From contig JBAZYN010000001.1 in NCBI GenBank assembly GCA_041659325.1, positions 430,819-494,818 on the forward strand: a stretch of 64,000 nucleotides of DNA, read 5' to 3'. A program made the translations under genes and the position numbers. Source of the DNA: Candidatus Shapirobacteria bacterium (GTDB taxonomy: Bacteria > Patescibacteriota > Microgenomatia > UBA12405). Positions 49,632 through 58,784 of the stretch are shown here, one piece after another (the stretch's first letter is position 1; each line of letters opens with the position of its first letter). The notes below the pieces were generated by a model that was not told where the DNA came from, searched no databases, and saw only the letters and a program-made list of their open reading frames with translations.

Positions 49632-50693
49632 TTATGATTTCCTCAATCTGGTCTGCAATTCATCCGGTCGTAAACTATAACTCATCGCCACTTCCTCGGT
49701 CACCTTGCCCGTTTTTACCAATATAGCAAGTGATTGTTCCAGCGTTACCATCCCCAAATCCGATCCGGTCTGAATAATATTGTCGATCATAAAATTTTTC
49801 GACTCGCGGACAATATTTCTCACCGCCGGAGTAGCCACCAATATTTCAAACGCCGGAATCCGCCCGCCGTCAATTCCCGGAATCAGCCTCTCCGAAACCA
49901 CGGCTGAAATAACCGATGCCAACTGAACCCTAATTTGATCTTTTGATCCCTCCGGGAACACATCAATAATTCTGTCCATGCTTTGGGCTGCCGAATTAGT
50001 GTGCAGAGTAGAAAACACCAAATGGCCGGTTTCCGCAATTGTCAGGGCCGATGAAATAGACTCCAGGTCCCTCATTTCGCCGGCAAATACCACGTTTGGA
50101 TCCTGCCGAAGACAAGACTTTAGCGCCGCCTCAAAGCTCGAGGTGTCCGATCCCACTTCCCGCTGCGATATGGTTGCCTTGTCAGGCTTTATCAAATATT
50201 CTATCGGATCCTCGATGGTCACAATATGGCAATTTTTCTGGTGGTTAATTTCGTTCAAAATCGCTGCCACCGACGTTGACTTACCATGTCCTGTCGGTCC
50301 GGTCATCAAAACAAATCCCTGTTTCATATCGATAAAATTCCGGAAAAACATCGGTAGATTAAGTTTTTCAAAACTCGGAATTTCCGAAGACACCACCCGC
50401 AGGGAACAGGCAAGCGACCCCCTCTGATAATAAGCATTTACTCTAAACCTGGCCTCAACCGCGGCTAGCGAAAAATCAAGCTCTTTTTCCCGTACCAAAC
50501 GCTCGAATTGGCTTTCGGTCATTATCGACCGGATTAGCTCGTTCATTAACTTATCGTCGGAAATATCAAAGTTCCCGATATTGGTCAGCTCTCCGTCAAT
50601 CCTCAGCTTCGGGTGAGTCCCCACCAACAAATGGATATCCGATGCCTTATTAGCCACCGCCAAACTCAACAATTCTTTTAATTTTATATTCAT
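49632..50693 (-). CDS. pilT: Pilus retraction ATPase PilT
   Basis: TGPTGHGKST, TIEDPIE, LRQDP, AETGHLVFSTLHT and AVRNIVRE. Confidence 0.96.
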   Translation of the reverse strand: MNIKLKELLSLAVANKASDIHLLVGTHPKLRIDGELTNIGNFDISDDKLMNELIRSIMTESQFERLVREKELDFSLAAVEARFRVNAYYQRGSLACSLRVVSSEIPSFEKLNLPMFFRNFIDMKQGFVLMTGPTGHGKSTSVAAILNEINHQKNCHIVTIEDPIEYLIKPDKATISQREVGSDTSSFEAALKSCLRQDPNVVFAGEMRDLESISSALTIAETGHLVFSTLHTNSAAQSMDRIIDVFPEGSKDQIRVQLASVISAVVSERLIPGIDGGRIPAFEILVATPAVRNIVRESKNFMIDNIIQTGSDLGMVTLEQSLAILVKTGKVTEEVAMSYSLRPDELQTRLRKS

Positions 50694-50699
50694 ATTTTT

Positions 50700-52445
50700 T
50701 TAGTATTGAGCCACTCTCAATACCTCCTCTATTGTAGTCACTTTTTCCAACACTTTCACATACCCATCCTGTTTCATCCTAAGCATTCCCTCCGCCATTG
50801 CCTGCTTTTGAATTTCTGCTGCCGATGCCCTCTCCACTACCAGTTTGGCTATTTTTTCCGAAATCGGCATCACTTCATACAAAGCAATCCTTCCAAAATA
50901 TCCGGTATTATTGCACTTCTCACATCCCACAATTTTTGGTATTTTCATCTGCTTTCCGTCCTTTTTCCACTTCTCTCCAATCATGTCATAAATCGGGCCC
51001 AAAGTTTCTTTCAACTCCGGATCCACGTCTGCCGGAATATCCACCTCCGAGGCACAATATTTACAAACCCTTCTTACTACCCGCTGGCCCACCACACAAT
51101 TCAAAGACGATACCAACAAAAACGGCTCCACTCCCATATCCAACATCCGCGGCGGTACTCCCGCGGCATCATTGGTATGCAGGGTGGAAAATACCAAATG
51201 TCCTGTCAGCGAAGCGTTAATCGCCAAATCCGCTGTCTCGGCATCACGGATTTCTCCCACCATCATAATATTAGGATCCTGGCGCAAAAAAGATCGTAGC
51301 GCCGAGGCAAAAGTCAGCCCTGCCTGTGAATTTACCTGCACCTGATTTACCCCTTTCATCTGATATTCCACCGGGTCCTCGATGGTCACCACATTCACCT
51401 TTGACGTAGCCACAATATCCAAAACCGAATATAGGGTGGTGGTTTTACCCGAGCCTGTTGGTCCGCACACAATAATTATTCCGTGAGGCCGCTCAATTGC
51501 GTTCATCAGGTTTTTCAAGGCCAAGCCCCGCAGCCCCAAGTCCGGCAAAGTCGGTACTTTCTGCGATTTTTTCAAAAGCCGCATCACAATTTTTTCTCCA
51601 TAAGTAGTCGGCAAGGTAGAAACGCGCAAATCAACATCGTTTCCGTCGGCCGAAAAGAAAAACCTACCGTCCTGGGGCACTCTTTTTTCATCAATTTTCA
51701 GATTCGACAATATCTTGATTCTCGAGGCCACTGCGTCCTGAACATTCCGCGGTAAGACATATTTTTCCTGCAAAATACCATCAATTCTATATCGAATTCT
51801 CACGTTGTCCTCTTGTGGTTCAATATGGATATCCGACGCCCTGGCTTTAACGGCATATTCCAAAATAGTTGATACAATTTTGGCCACCGGCGCTTCCGCC
51901 GATACCTTTCCCGCCCCCTTATCCAGACTTGCTTCCTTTTCTTCTTTCTTACGCTCGTCCAGGGCTTTCCCCACCTCCGAGGTTATCCCTTTTTCCCTCT
52001 CGTATTTCTCATTAACATAGCTAATGATTTGCTTTTCCAAAGCCATGGAGGCCGACACTTTTACCCCTGATTTCTTCTCGATAAATTCAATAGTCTCCAA
52101 ATCGAGTGGATTTGCCATCGCCACATATAAAAGTTTATTTTTGGCGTCCAGTTTGTAGGGGACAATTTTATATTTCCTTGAAACGCTTTCCGGCACCAGT
52201 GCCAACGCCTCGGGTGAAAAACCGATTGTGTCCAAGTCGACGTACAAAACCTTCAAAAAATCTGCCTTCGCTTTGGCAAAATCTTCATCAGAGACCAACC
52301 TTTGCGATCTTATAATCGCTTCTTCCGGCTCACCACTTTTTAGCTGCAACAGCCCAATCTCGTCCGACTTCACCTGATCGATCAGGTTTCGGGCCACCAA
52401 AACCTCCCGGATATTCTTGTATATTTTCTGGGCAGCATCATTCAT
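50700..52445 (-). CDS. pilB: Pilus extension ATPase PilB/GspE
   Basis: ASDIHIEP, PQDGR, GPTGSGKTTT, GEIRD and tetra-Cys Zn motif. Confidence 0.96.
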   Translation of the reverse strand: MNDAAQKIYKNIREVLVARNLIDQVKSDEIGLLQLKSGEPEEAIIRSQRLVSDEDFAKAKADFLKVLYVDLDTIGFSPEALALVPESVSRKYKIVPYKLDAKNKLLYVAMANPLDLETIEFIEKKSGVKVSASMALEKQIISYVNEKYEREKGITSEVGKALDERKKEEKEASLDKGAGKVSAEAPVAKIVSTILEYAVKARASDIHIEPQEDNVRIRYRIDGILQEKYVLPRNVQDAVASRIKILSNLKIDEKRVPQDGRFFFSADGNDVDLRVSTLPTTYGEKIVMRLLKKSQKVPTLPDLGLRGLALKNLMNAIERPHGIIIVCGPTGSGKTTTLYSVLDIVATSKVNVVTIEDPVEYQMKGVNQVQVNSQAGLTFASALRSFLRQDPNIMMVGEIRDAETADLAINASLTGHLVFSTLHTNDAAGVPPRMLDMGVEPFLLVSSLNCVVGQRVVRRVCKYCASEVDIPADVDPELKETLGPIYDMIGEKWKKDGKQMKIPKIVGCEKCNNTGYFGRIALYEVMPISEKIAKLVVERASAAEIQKQAMAEGMLRMKQDGYVKVLEKVTTIEEVLRVAQY

Positions 52446-52490
52446 AATACATCTACATAATAAACATTTTCCCCAACCTTTACAATTACA

Positions 52491-53126
52491 ATGATCTTTC
52501 CCTCAACCATAATTGTCTCCTCCGACCCTACCCTTTTATCTAAAAAATTAAACGAGCTTTGCAAAAAGCTAAATAATAAAATCTCAGCCAACAACCCCGA
52601 CATTTTTACTATCGGGCCACTTTCGGGGTGGGGGATAGACACCGTTCGGGCCATCAATTCCTTTTTATCCAAAAAACCGTTTCAACACCTCAACAAAATA
52701 GTTTTAATCCGGGACGCCCAAAATCTCCAAACCGAAGCTCAAAACGCTCTTCTCAAAAATCTTGAGGAGCCGGGGGCAGATAACTTCATTATTCTGACTA
52801 CCAACAATAGTGCCTCTCTGCTTCCCACCATAATTTCCCGATGCGAGGTAATAAAAATCCGATCCTTCTCATTGTCGGCCCCCCCGCAAGCTCTGGTTAT
52901 CACCGGCTTTCCCGCTACAGATTTTTTAACCTCAGACCAAATCGCCCAACACAAAGAAGACGTTCTGTCCTATTTAGAAGGCCAAATTTCTCTCTTCCAA
53001 AAAAAATTAATCAAAAACCCGTCCAAAGAAACTGGGCTCCAAATTAAAAAAATAATCAAAGCTATTCAAATGATCAAATCCAACGTTGATCCAAAATCGG
53101 CTCTTGACTATATTATGCTTGCCTGA
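52491..53126 (+). CDS. holB: DNA polymerase III delta-prime-like subunit, short form
   Basis: NPDI, GIDTVR, EAQNALLKNLEEP and LLPTIISRC. Confidence 0.82.
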   Translation: MIFPSTIIVSSDPTLLSKKLNELCKKLNNKISANNPDIFTIGPLSGWGIDTVRAINSFLSKKPFQHLNKIVLIRDAQNLQTEAQNALLKNLEEPGADNFIILTTNNSASLLPTIISRCEVIKIRSFSLSAPPQALVITGFPATDFLTSDQIAQHKEDVLSYLEGQISLFQKKLIKNPSKETGLQIKKIIKAIQMIKSNVDPKSALDYIMLA

Positions 53127-53183
53127 CTTTAACCGCATTTTTACCTCAGTCACTTTTTAAAACAATGATATAATCTACTCAAG

Positions 53184-54317
53184 ATGTTTTCTCCCATCTT
53201 TTCAATCAATAACAAAATTCTAAAAACCATCGGGGTTATAGAAGGGGCAAAAGCTGTTATCGATGATGCTCCGTTAATTCCTGCCTACGAAAAACAGTTT
53301 CAGCAAGAGGCTGTTGTCCGCACTGTCCACTATGGCACCAGAATCGAAGGTAATGACCTAACCTTCCAAGAGGTTTCCCGCCTTGTCGAAGGTCAGCAAA
53401 TTACCGCCGGCGAAAGAGATATCCAGGAGGTCATCAACTACCGAAACGTTGTTTCCTACCTCGAAGAGCTCTGGTCTCTATACGATGCCAACCTGCCGCT
53501 TCCCGAAGAAAGAAATATAGCTTCAGCCGGCACCGAAGAAAAACGGCCGTTTTTTTACAGCGAAACCATTGTCAAAAGAATCCATCAGCTCACCACCACC
53601 AAAGTCATTCCCGAGACAGAGCTTGGGAAATACCGCCACCAACAGGTAGTTCTAAAAAACACCCGTACTGGCGAAATCGCCCACCGTCCGCCACCCGCCA
53701 TCGAAGTCCCGTATCTGATGACCGATTTAATAGACTGGCTCAACGATCCCTCCGGCCGGGAGATCCACTCCGCCATTCGGTCGGCTATCTGTCAATACCT
53801 TCTGGTTGCTATCCATCCATTCATCGAAGGCAACGGCCGTGTCAGTCGGGCTTTTGGCATGCTTCCTCTTTATGTCGAAGGTTACGACATCCGCCGTCTT
53901 TTCTCCCTCGAAGAATATTTTGACCGCAATGCCGAAGAATACTACGGTACTATTCAGGAAACTCACAATCTCTCCTCCGACATTTTCAAAAGAGACCTCA
54001 CCCTGTGGATTGAATACTTTGTTCTGGCTCTGAGTATCGAATTAAGCCGGGTAAGAGAAAAAGTTCAGACTCTCTCTCGCGATATCAAGTTAAAACAAAA
54101 ACTCGGCGGCAAACAGCTCCACCTTACCGAACGTCAGATTAAATTGGTTGAATACATGCAACAATTCGGCGGTCTTCGTATGCCCGACGCCCAAAGCCTC
54201 CTTCCCATGGTCTCCGACGACACCATCTGGCGAGATCTCAAAAAACTAGTCGACTCCGGCGCCATCGAGAAGCGCGGTTCCACCAAAGGCGCCTACTATT
54301 GCCTGGTTGATGTCTAA
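53184..54317 (+). CDS. Fic-family protein with C-terminal wHTH
   Basis: HPFIEGNGRVSR catalytic motif, TRIEGN helix and TIWRDLKKLV..G....G..KG. Confidence 0.93.
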   Translation: MFSPIFSINNKILKTIGVIEGAKAVIDDAPLIPAYEKQFQQEAVVRTVHYGTRIEGNDLTFQEVSRLVEGQQITAGERDIQEVINYRNVVSYLEELWSLYDANLPLPEERNIASAGTEEKRPFFYSETIVKRIHQLTTTKVIPETELGKYRHQQVVLKNTRTGEIAHRPPPAIEVPYLMTDLIDWLNDPSGREIHSAIRSAICQYLLVAIHPFIEGNGRVSRAFGMLPLYVEGYDIRRLFSLEEYFDRNAEEYYGTIQETHNLSSDIFKRDLTLWIEYFVLALSIELSRVREKVQTLSRDIKLKQKLGGKQLHLTERQIKLVEYMQQFGGLRMPDAQSLLPMVSDDTIWRDLKKLVDSGAIEKRGSTKGAYYCLVDV

Positions 54318-54353
54318 CATCATTGCCACTCGGTTTAGCAGGAGCAACAAGTG

Positions 54354-54389
54354 TTCTCCCTTGTCAAAGGGAGAATTAAAGAGGGATTT
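54354..54389 (+). repeat. 36-bp dispersed palindrome, exact copy 3 of 3
   Basis: Identical to 8967-9002 and 19588-19623. Confidence 0.95.
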
Positions 54390-54419
54390 TGGCTGTAAGG
54401 TTTAAGCTATAATCACTCA

Positions 54420-56411
54420 ATGATCACCCTCGACACCCTCGATCTCCAACACTTGTCCCCGCAGGACTTAGGCGAGCTTCTTATCTCCGCCAAAAACGCC
54501 TATTACACCACCGGCAAGCCCATCATGGATGACCACACCTACGATACCCTTGAGGAAATTCTTCGTCAAAAAAATCCGCATCATCGGATTTTTCAAAAAG
54601 TCGGCAACAAAAATTTTGATACCGGCTTTCTCAAAAAATCCCATTCCATGCCCATGGGCTCCCAAAACAAAGTCACCACCGCCGCCGAGTTAGTCCACTA
54701 CTTCGAGCTAAAAAAAATCGCCGGAGGCAACGTTGATATGCAAAGCATATCTTACGTTGTTCAACCAAAAATCGATGGAATTTCCCTCGAAATCGAATAT
54801 AAAGACGGCAACCTAATCGATGCCATTACTAGGGGAGACGGTTTTATCGGTGACGTTATCACTCAAAATGTCGTCCGTATGCAAAATTTCCGTGAAAGAT
54901 TAAATGAGGATTTTACTGGTACCATCCGCTGCGAAATCGTCGTTACCTACAAAGATTTTAAAAAACTAAACAAAATTGTTGAAAAAAATAATACTCCCTC
55001 CCATTTTCAAGGGGAGGGTGGGGGAGGGGTTTCATACTCCAATCCCCGCAATGCCGTCTCCGGCATTTCTCAACGGTTAGACGGAAAATTTTCCGAATTA
55101 TGCAGTCTGATAGCCGTCGACATTTCCCCGGAACCGGCTTTGGAATCAGAAAAAATCACTAAACTTAAATCGCTGGGTTTCATTCCCGTCGAAACTCATC
55201 TCTGTCAAAATTTTAACCAAATCGAACAAATCTACCAACAATTTCTCACCAAAACCCGCAAAACTTATCCCTTTGAAATTGACGGCTTAATAGTCAAAAT
55301 AAATAATCTGAAAATTGCCCATCATCTTGGTTCCAAAAATAATCGGCCAAAATTTCAAATCGCATACAAATTCCCGGCCGAAAGCAATCAAACTCAAATC
55401 AAGAAAATTGAATGGCAGGTCGGTCCTTTGGGTACTATTACCCCGGTTGGTCAAGTTGAGCCAATTGAGTTGACCGGCGCTGTCATTACCTTCGCCTCCC
55501 TGGGTAATTACGATTTGGTTATTCAAAAAAACATCAATATTGGCGATATTGTAGAAATATCCCGTCGCGGCGATGTTATTCCCCATGTCGAAAAAATCAT
55601 CACCAAGGTCAACCCGGGCCATGTTGATATCCCCATCCTCTGTCCCAGCTGTCAAACTAAATTGATCAAAGAAGACAAATTCCTCCGCTGCCCCAATCCA
55701 AAAAATTGTTTAGCCCAAATATTAGGGTCTCTGCGCCTTTTTTGTGATACCCTTGGCATCCTTGGTCTTTCCGACAAAACCATCGCCAAACTCTATCAAG
55801 CCGACAAAATTCGTCTCCCGGGAGATTTCTACAAACTAACCATCGGCGACATTAGTAATCTTGTTAATCTTGGAGAAAAATCAGGCAAAAATATTATTTA
55901 CCAAATCCAAACCAAAAAAAACCTGACCCTCAAGCAAGTTTTTGATGCCGCTATCATTCCCAATTTCAGCGCCGCCCGTATTCAACAATTAATTACAGCC
56001 GGTTTCAATACCCCGGAGAAACTTTTAAATATTTCCAAAGTCGAAATTGAATCTCTCCCCGGTTTTCAAAAAACCCTGGCCGAAAAAATTCAGGCGGGAA
56101 TAGAGTTACGAAAAGAATGGTTAAAATCCATCCTCTCCCAAGTTCAGATTACCAACCACCAATTACCAGTTACCAATTACAGATTACAAGGCCTAGCCTT
56201 CGCTATCACCGGCGATCTTTCCCAACCCCGAAAAAAAATTGAAGATCTGATCGAACAAAACGGGGGATCAGTCAGTTCTTCGGTTTCCAAAAATACTTCT
56301 TACCTCATAACAAACGAAACTAAGTCAAATTCTTCAAAATTTCTCGCCGCCAAAAAATTCGGTACCAAAATCATCACCGAAACTAAGTTTCTAGAACTCA
56401 TTAACTCGTAA
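54420..56411 (+). CDS. ligA: NAD-dependent DNA ligase
   Basis: PKIDG, TRGDG..G, NPRNA, IDGLIVK, AYKFP, RRGDVIP, Zn finger and BRCT. Confidence 0.97.
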   Translation: MITLDTLDLQHLSPQDLGELLISAKNAYYTTGKPIMDDHTYDTLEEILRQKNPHHRIFQKVGNKNFDTGFLKKSHSMPMGSQNKVTTAAELVHYFELKKIAGGNVDMQSISYVVQPKIDGISLEIEYKDGNLIDAITRGDGFIGDVITQNVVRMQNFRERLNEDFTGTIRCEIVVTYKDFKKLNKIVEKNNTPSHFQGEGGGGVSYSNPRNAVSGISQRLDGKFSELCSLIAVDISPEPALESEKITKLKSLGFIPVETHLCQNFNQIEQIYQQFLTKTRKTYPFEIDGLIVKINNLKIAHHLGSKNNRPKFQIAYKFPAESNQTQIKKIEWQVGPLGTITPVGQVEPIELTGAVITFASLGNYDLVIQKNINIGDIVEISRRGDVIPHVEKIITKVNPGHVDIPILCPSCQTKLIKEDKFLRCPNPKNCLAQILGSLRLFCDTLGILGLSDKTIAKLYQADKIRLPGDFYKLTIGDISNLVNLGEKSGKNIIYQIQTKKNLTLKQVFDAAIIPNFSAARIQQLITAGFNTPEKLLNISKVEIESLPGFQKTLAEKIQAGIELRKEWLKSILSQVQITNHQLPVTNYRLQGLAFAITGDLSQPRKKIEDLIEQNGGSVSSSVSKNTSYLITNETKSNSSKFLAAKKFGTKIITETKFLELINS

Positions 56412-56487
56412 ACTTTGTAACTTTCAGACTTTGAGACTTTTAGACCTTCGGCTTTTTGACTTTCAGACTTTGAGACTTTAGACTCTT
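56403..56487. repeat. Degenerate octamer tandem array (R)ACTTTNN
   Basis: AACTTTGT AACTTTCA GACTTTGA GACTTTTA ... GACTTTCA GACTTTGA GACTTTAG. Confidence 0.85.
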
Positions 56488-56492
56488 TCATC

Positions 56493-56912
56493 ATGATCTT
56501 CAAAAACCCTTCCCAATCCGCCTCGCTCTTAGCCCAAAAAATAATTGAAGAGGGGATAGCCCAATCTTCTCTTATCACCTATATCGATTCTGATGATAAA
56601 AATTATTGCCAACAAATTGCCGATAACTTGTCCCTCAAATTAGAATATCTCCCCAACCTAATAAGGGACAAATTCACCTTTGCCCTCCCGAATTTAATTA
56701 TTGCCGACTCCGGTCAAACCCGGGGACAAGAGTACAACGAGTTCACCGACCTCATCCGAAAAATTTATCCAACAATTAGGATTTATCTGGCAATTCCTGT
56801 TATCCCCTTATCCGAAGAAGAAGTTCTAAAACAAGCCTGTGATTCCCTCATCACTCTTCATGTCGAACCCCTCTTCTTTTCCCTCGATCAGTTCTACGAA
56901 ATCTCCCCGTAG
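56493..56912 (+). CDS. Degenerate phosphoribosyltransferase-like protein
   Basis: MIFKN..SA.LLA start, LIIADSGQTRG PRPP-loop-like motif, IYLAIPV and FFSLDQFYE end. Confidence 0.6.
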   Translation: MIFKNPSQSASLLAQKIIEEGIAQSSLITYIDSDDKNYCQQIADNLSLKLEYLPNLIRDKFTFALPNLIIADSGQTRGQEYNEFTDLIRKIYPTIRIYLAIPVIPLSEEEVLKQACDSLITLHVEPLFFSLDQFYEISP

Positions 56913-57023
56913 TATACACAACCAATACACACTAGCAATCACACGCCCCGAGTGCTAATCAGCACATAAATTTACCTTTATCCTATCCTTAGGGAATAAG
57001 TAAACTTGTTCTATACTACACAC

Positions 57024-57548
57024 ATGAAGTTATTCGTCGGTCTCGGTAATCCGGGAGAAAAATATCGGCTCACCCGCCACAACCTGGGACAAATGGTTGT
57101 CAATCAATTTGTAGCAACGCATCACAATGCGTTCCTCTCCAATAAAAAATTATCTGCCAAAATCGCCGAGTATCAAAATTCAAAATTTGCCACCCTTAAC
57201 TCCTTTATGAACGAGTCTGGTTTTCCGGTCAGCAAAATCGTCAATTACTTCAAAATTAGCCCACAGGATCTCTACATAATTCACGATGATCTTGATTTGC
57301 CGATAGGGGAGTACCGTTTCCAGTGCGACCGCGGCCCGGCCGGGCACAAAGGGGTTTCCTCCATCATCGAACAGCTCGGCACCCAAGCCTTCCACCGCAT
57401 CCGTATTGGTATCGGTAAACCCACCACTCCCATTGCGGTCGAAGACTATGTCCTCCAGCCATTTTCAAAAGAAGAACAGGTGCTAATAAACCAAACTATT
57501 GATAAAATAATTACCGAGACAAAAACAATAACGGATTTTAATTCGTAA
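57024..57548 (+). CDS. pth: Peptidyl-tRNA hydrolase
   Basis: VGLGNPG..Y..TRHN, FMNESG, IHDDLDL, GHKG and RIRIGIG. Confidence 0.97.
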   Translation: MKLFVGLGNPGEKYRLTRHNLGQMVVNQFVATHHNAFLSNKKLSAKIAEYQNSKFATLNSFMNESGFPVSKIVNYFKISPQDLYIIHDDLDLPIGEYRFQCDRGPAGHKGVSSIIEQLGTQAFHRIRIGIGKPTTPIAVEDYVLQPFSKEEQVLINQTIDKIITETKTITDFNS

Positions 57549-57577
57549 TTAATAATTCGTAATTCGTAATTGATTTC

Positions 57578-57648
57578 GGGCCCATAGTCTAATGGTAAAA
57601 CGTCTCAGTCGCACTGAGTTGTTGGCGGTTCGAGTCCGCCTGGGTCCA
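57578..57648 (+). tRNA. tRNA-Ala(CGC)
   Basis: GGGCCCA/TGGGTCC acceptor stem with G3:U70, loop GT-CGC-AC and GGTTCGAGTCC. Confidence 0.92.
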
Positions 57649-57656
57649 CCGCAACT

Positions 57657-58607
57657 TTATTTCCTAGGTCGACCAAGAAAATCTCTTCCCCGGGGAGCAA
57701 GTTGAGCTTCTGTTTCTCTTATTTCTTTCCTATCTTTATTTTTATGACCCACCCCAATGATTTTAGGAAAATCTCTATGTGAATATCGGGAATAAATATC
57801 TTGCCTTTCATGTAATCTAATTTTAGATATTTGTTCGGCATCACCGGTCATCAATACTTCAGCCACCGATTTTTCAGTTCCGTCAACATCAACCATAGTC
57901 GTCTCACACCAAGAACAACCACCCCCATATGTCTCTTTTGCCGATCGAATGATTTTTGACAATAAATGGTCTACCGTACCGAAGTGTATCTCCCCGGTAA
58001 TATCAGCCGAATCGACTAAGTTACTACACTCAACAAACACTCCGGATGCAATCGAAACTGCTACTCTAGCCTCAGCTAATGTCGCTACTTGACCGGTCTC
58101 AACCAAATCTCTTGCCAAGGCAGCCTTATATTTTGGATAATTACTTAGTTTTTCTTTTACCCCGGAATCAACCGCCTCTCCCTGCTGTTTTAATCTTAGC
58201 TGAAATCCCTCTTTTCTCTGTGGATCAACCTCACATAAATCCCTAACAATAACCGCGGCAATAGCTGGAACTGGATAATTTTCACATACCGCACTGAGAT
58301 CAGCACCGTCAACACTACTAGCCCCATCATAATAATTTAGACCTTTTTCTATCATGTAAAATGGTTCTTGCTTTAAACCAGCCAACACATTTACCAACAC
58401 AGCCAAACGTGTCATTCTTATCCAATCATCGTATGGGACACCCTCGGGAGAATCAATAAGATAACTACGAGAACCATACTCACCTTCTGGTGGAGTCGGT
58501 ATTCTTCTTTCGAGTTTATAACCAAATTCATCTCTCATAGCGTCCGCCACCTGTCTTCGCGTTGCTTCATAACCTGAGTTTCGTTGGGCCAAATCATCTA
58601 TTGTCAT
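57657..58607 (-). CDS. Hypothetical protein convergent on tRNA-Ala
   Basis: Long ORF with no recognised family. TAATAT lies just before the MTIDDL start. Confidence 0.7.
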   Translation of the reverse strand: MTIDDLAQRNSGYEATRRQVADAMRDEFGYKLERRIPTPPEGEYGSRSYLIDSPEGVPYDDWIRMTRLAVLVNVLAGLKQEPFYMIEKGLNYYDGASSVDGADLSAVCENYPVPAIAAVIVRDLCEVDPQRKEGFQLRLKQQGEAVDSGVKEKLSNYPKYKAALARDLVETGQVATLAEARVAVSIASGVFVECSNLVDSADITGEIHFGTVDHLLSKIIRSAKETYGGGCSWCETTMVDVDGTEKSVAEVLMTGDAEQISKIRLHERQDIYSRYSHRDFPKIIGVGHKNKDRKEIRETEAQLAPRGRDFLGRPRK

Positions 58608-58784
58608 AACCAACATATTATCACAACTTTTAATCCCGATAAAGATTTCCTCCCTCCCCAATCCACCTTCCCCTCCTCTTGTTATCTAATTCTAGTGTGA
58701 TGCTTCACCTAATCCCAACTGACGAACATCCATAAAAAATTCTCTAACTGCATATGCTCACTTTATCATTAGAGGAAAGACCAC

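Noticed and set aside
53184-54317. Fic gene as part of a toxin-antitoxin or mobile module
   Set aside because: It is a stand-alone Fic-wHTH protein between housekeeping genes, with no partner ORF or mobility genes.
8967-54389. Identical 36-bp palindrome as a CRISPR repeat
   Set aside because: Copies are single and 10-35 kb apart, with no spacers and no cas genes.
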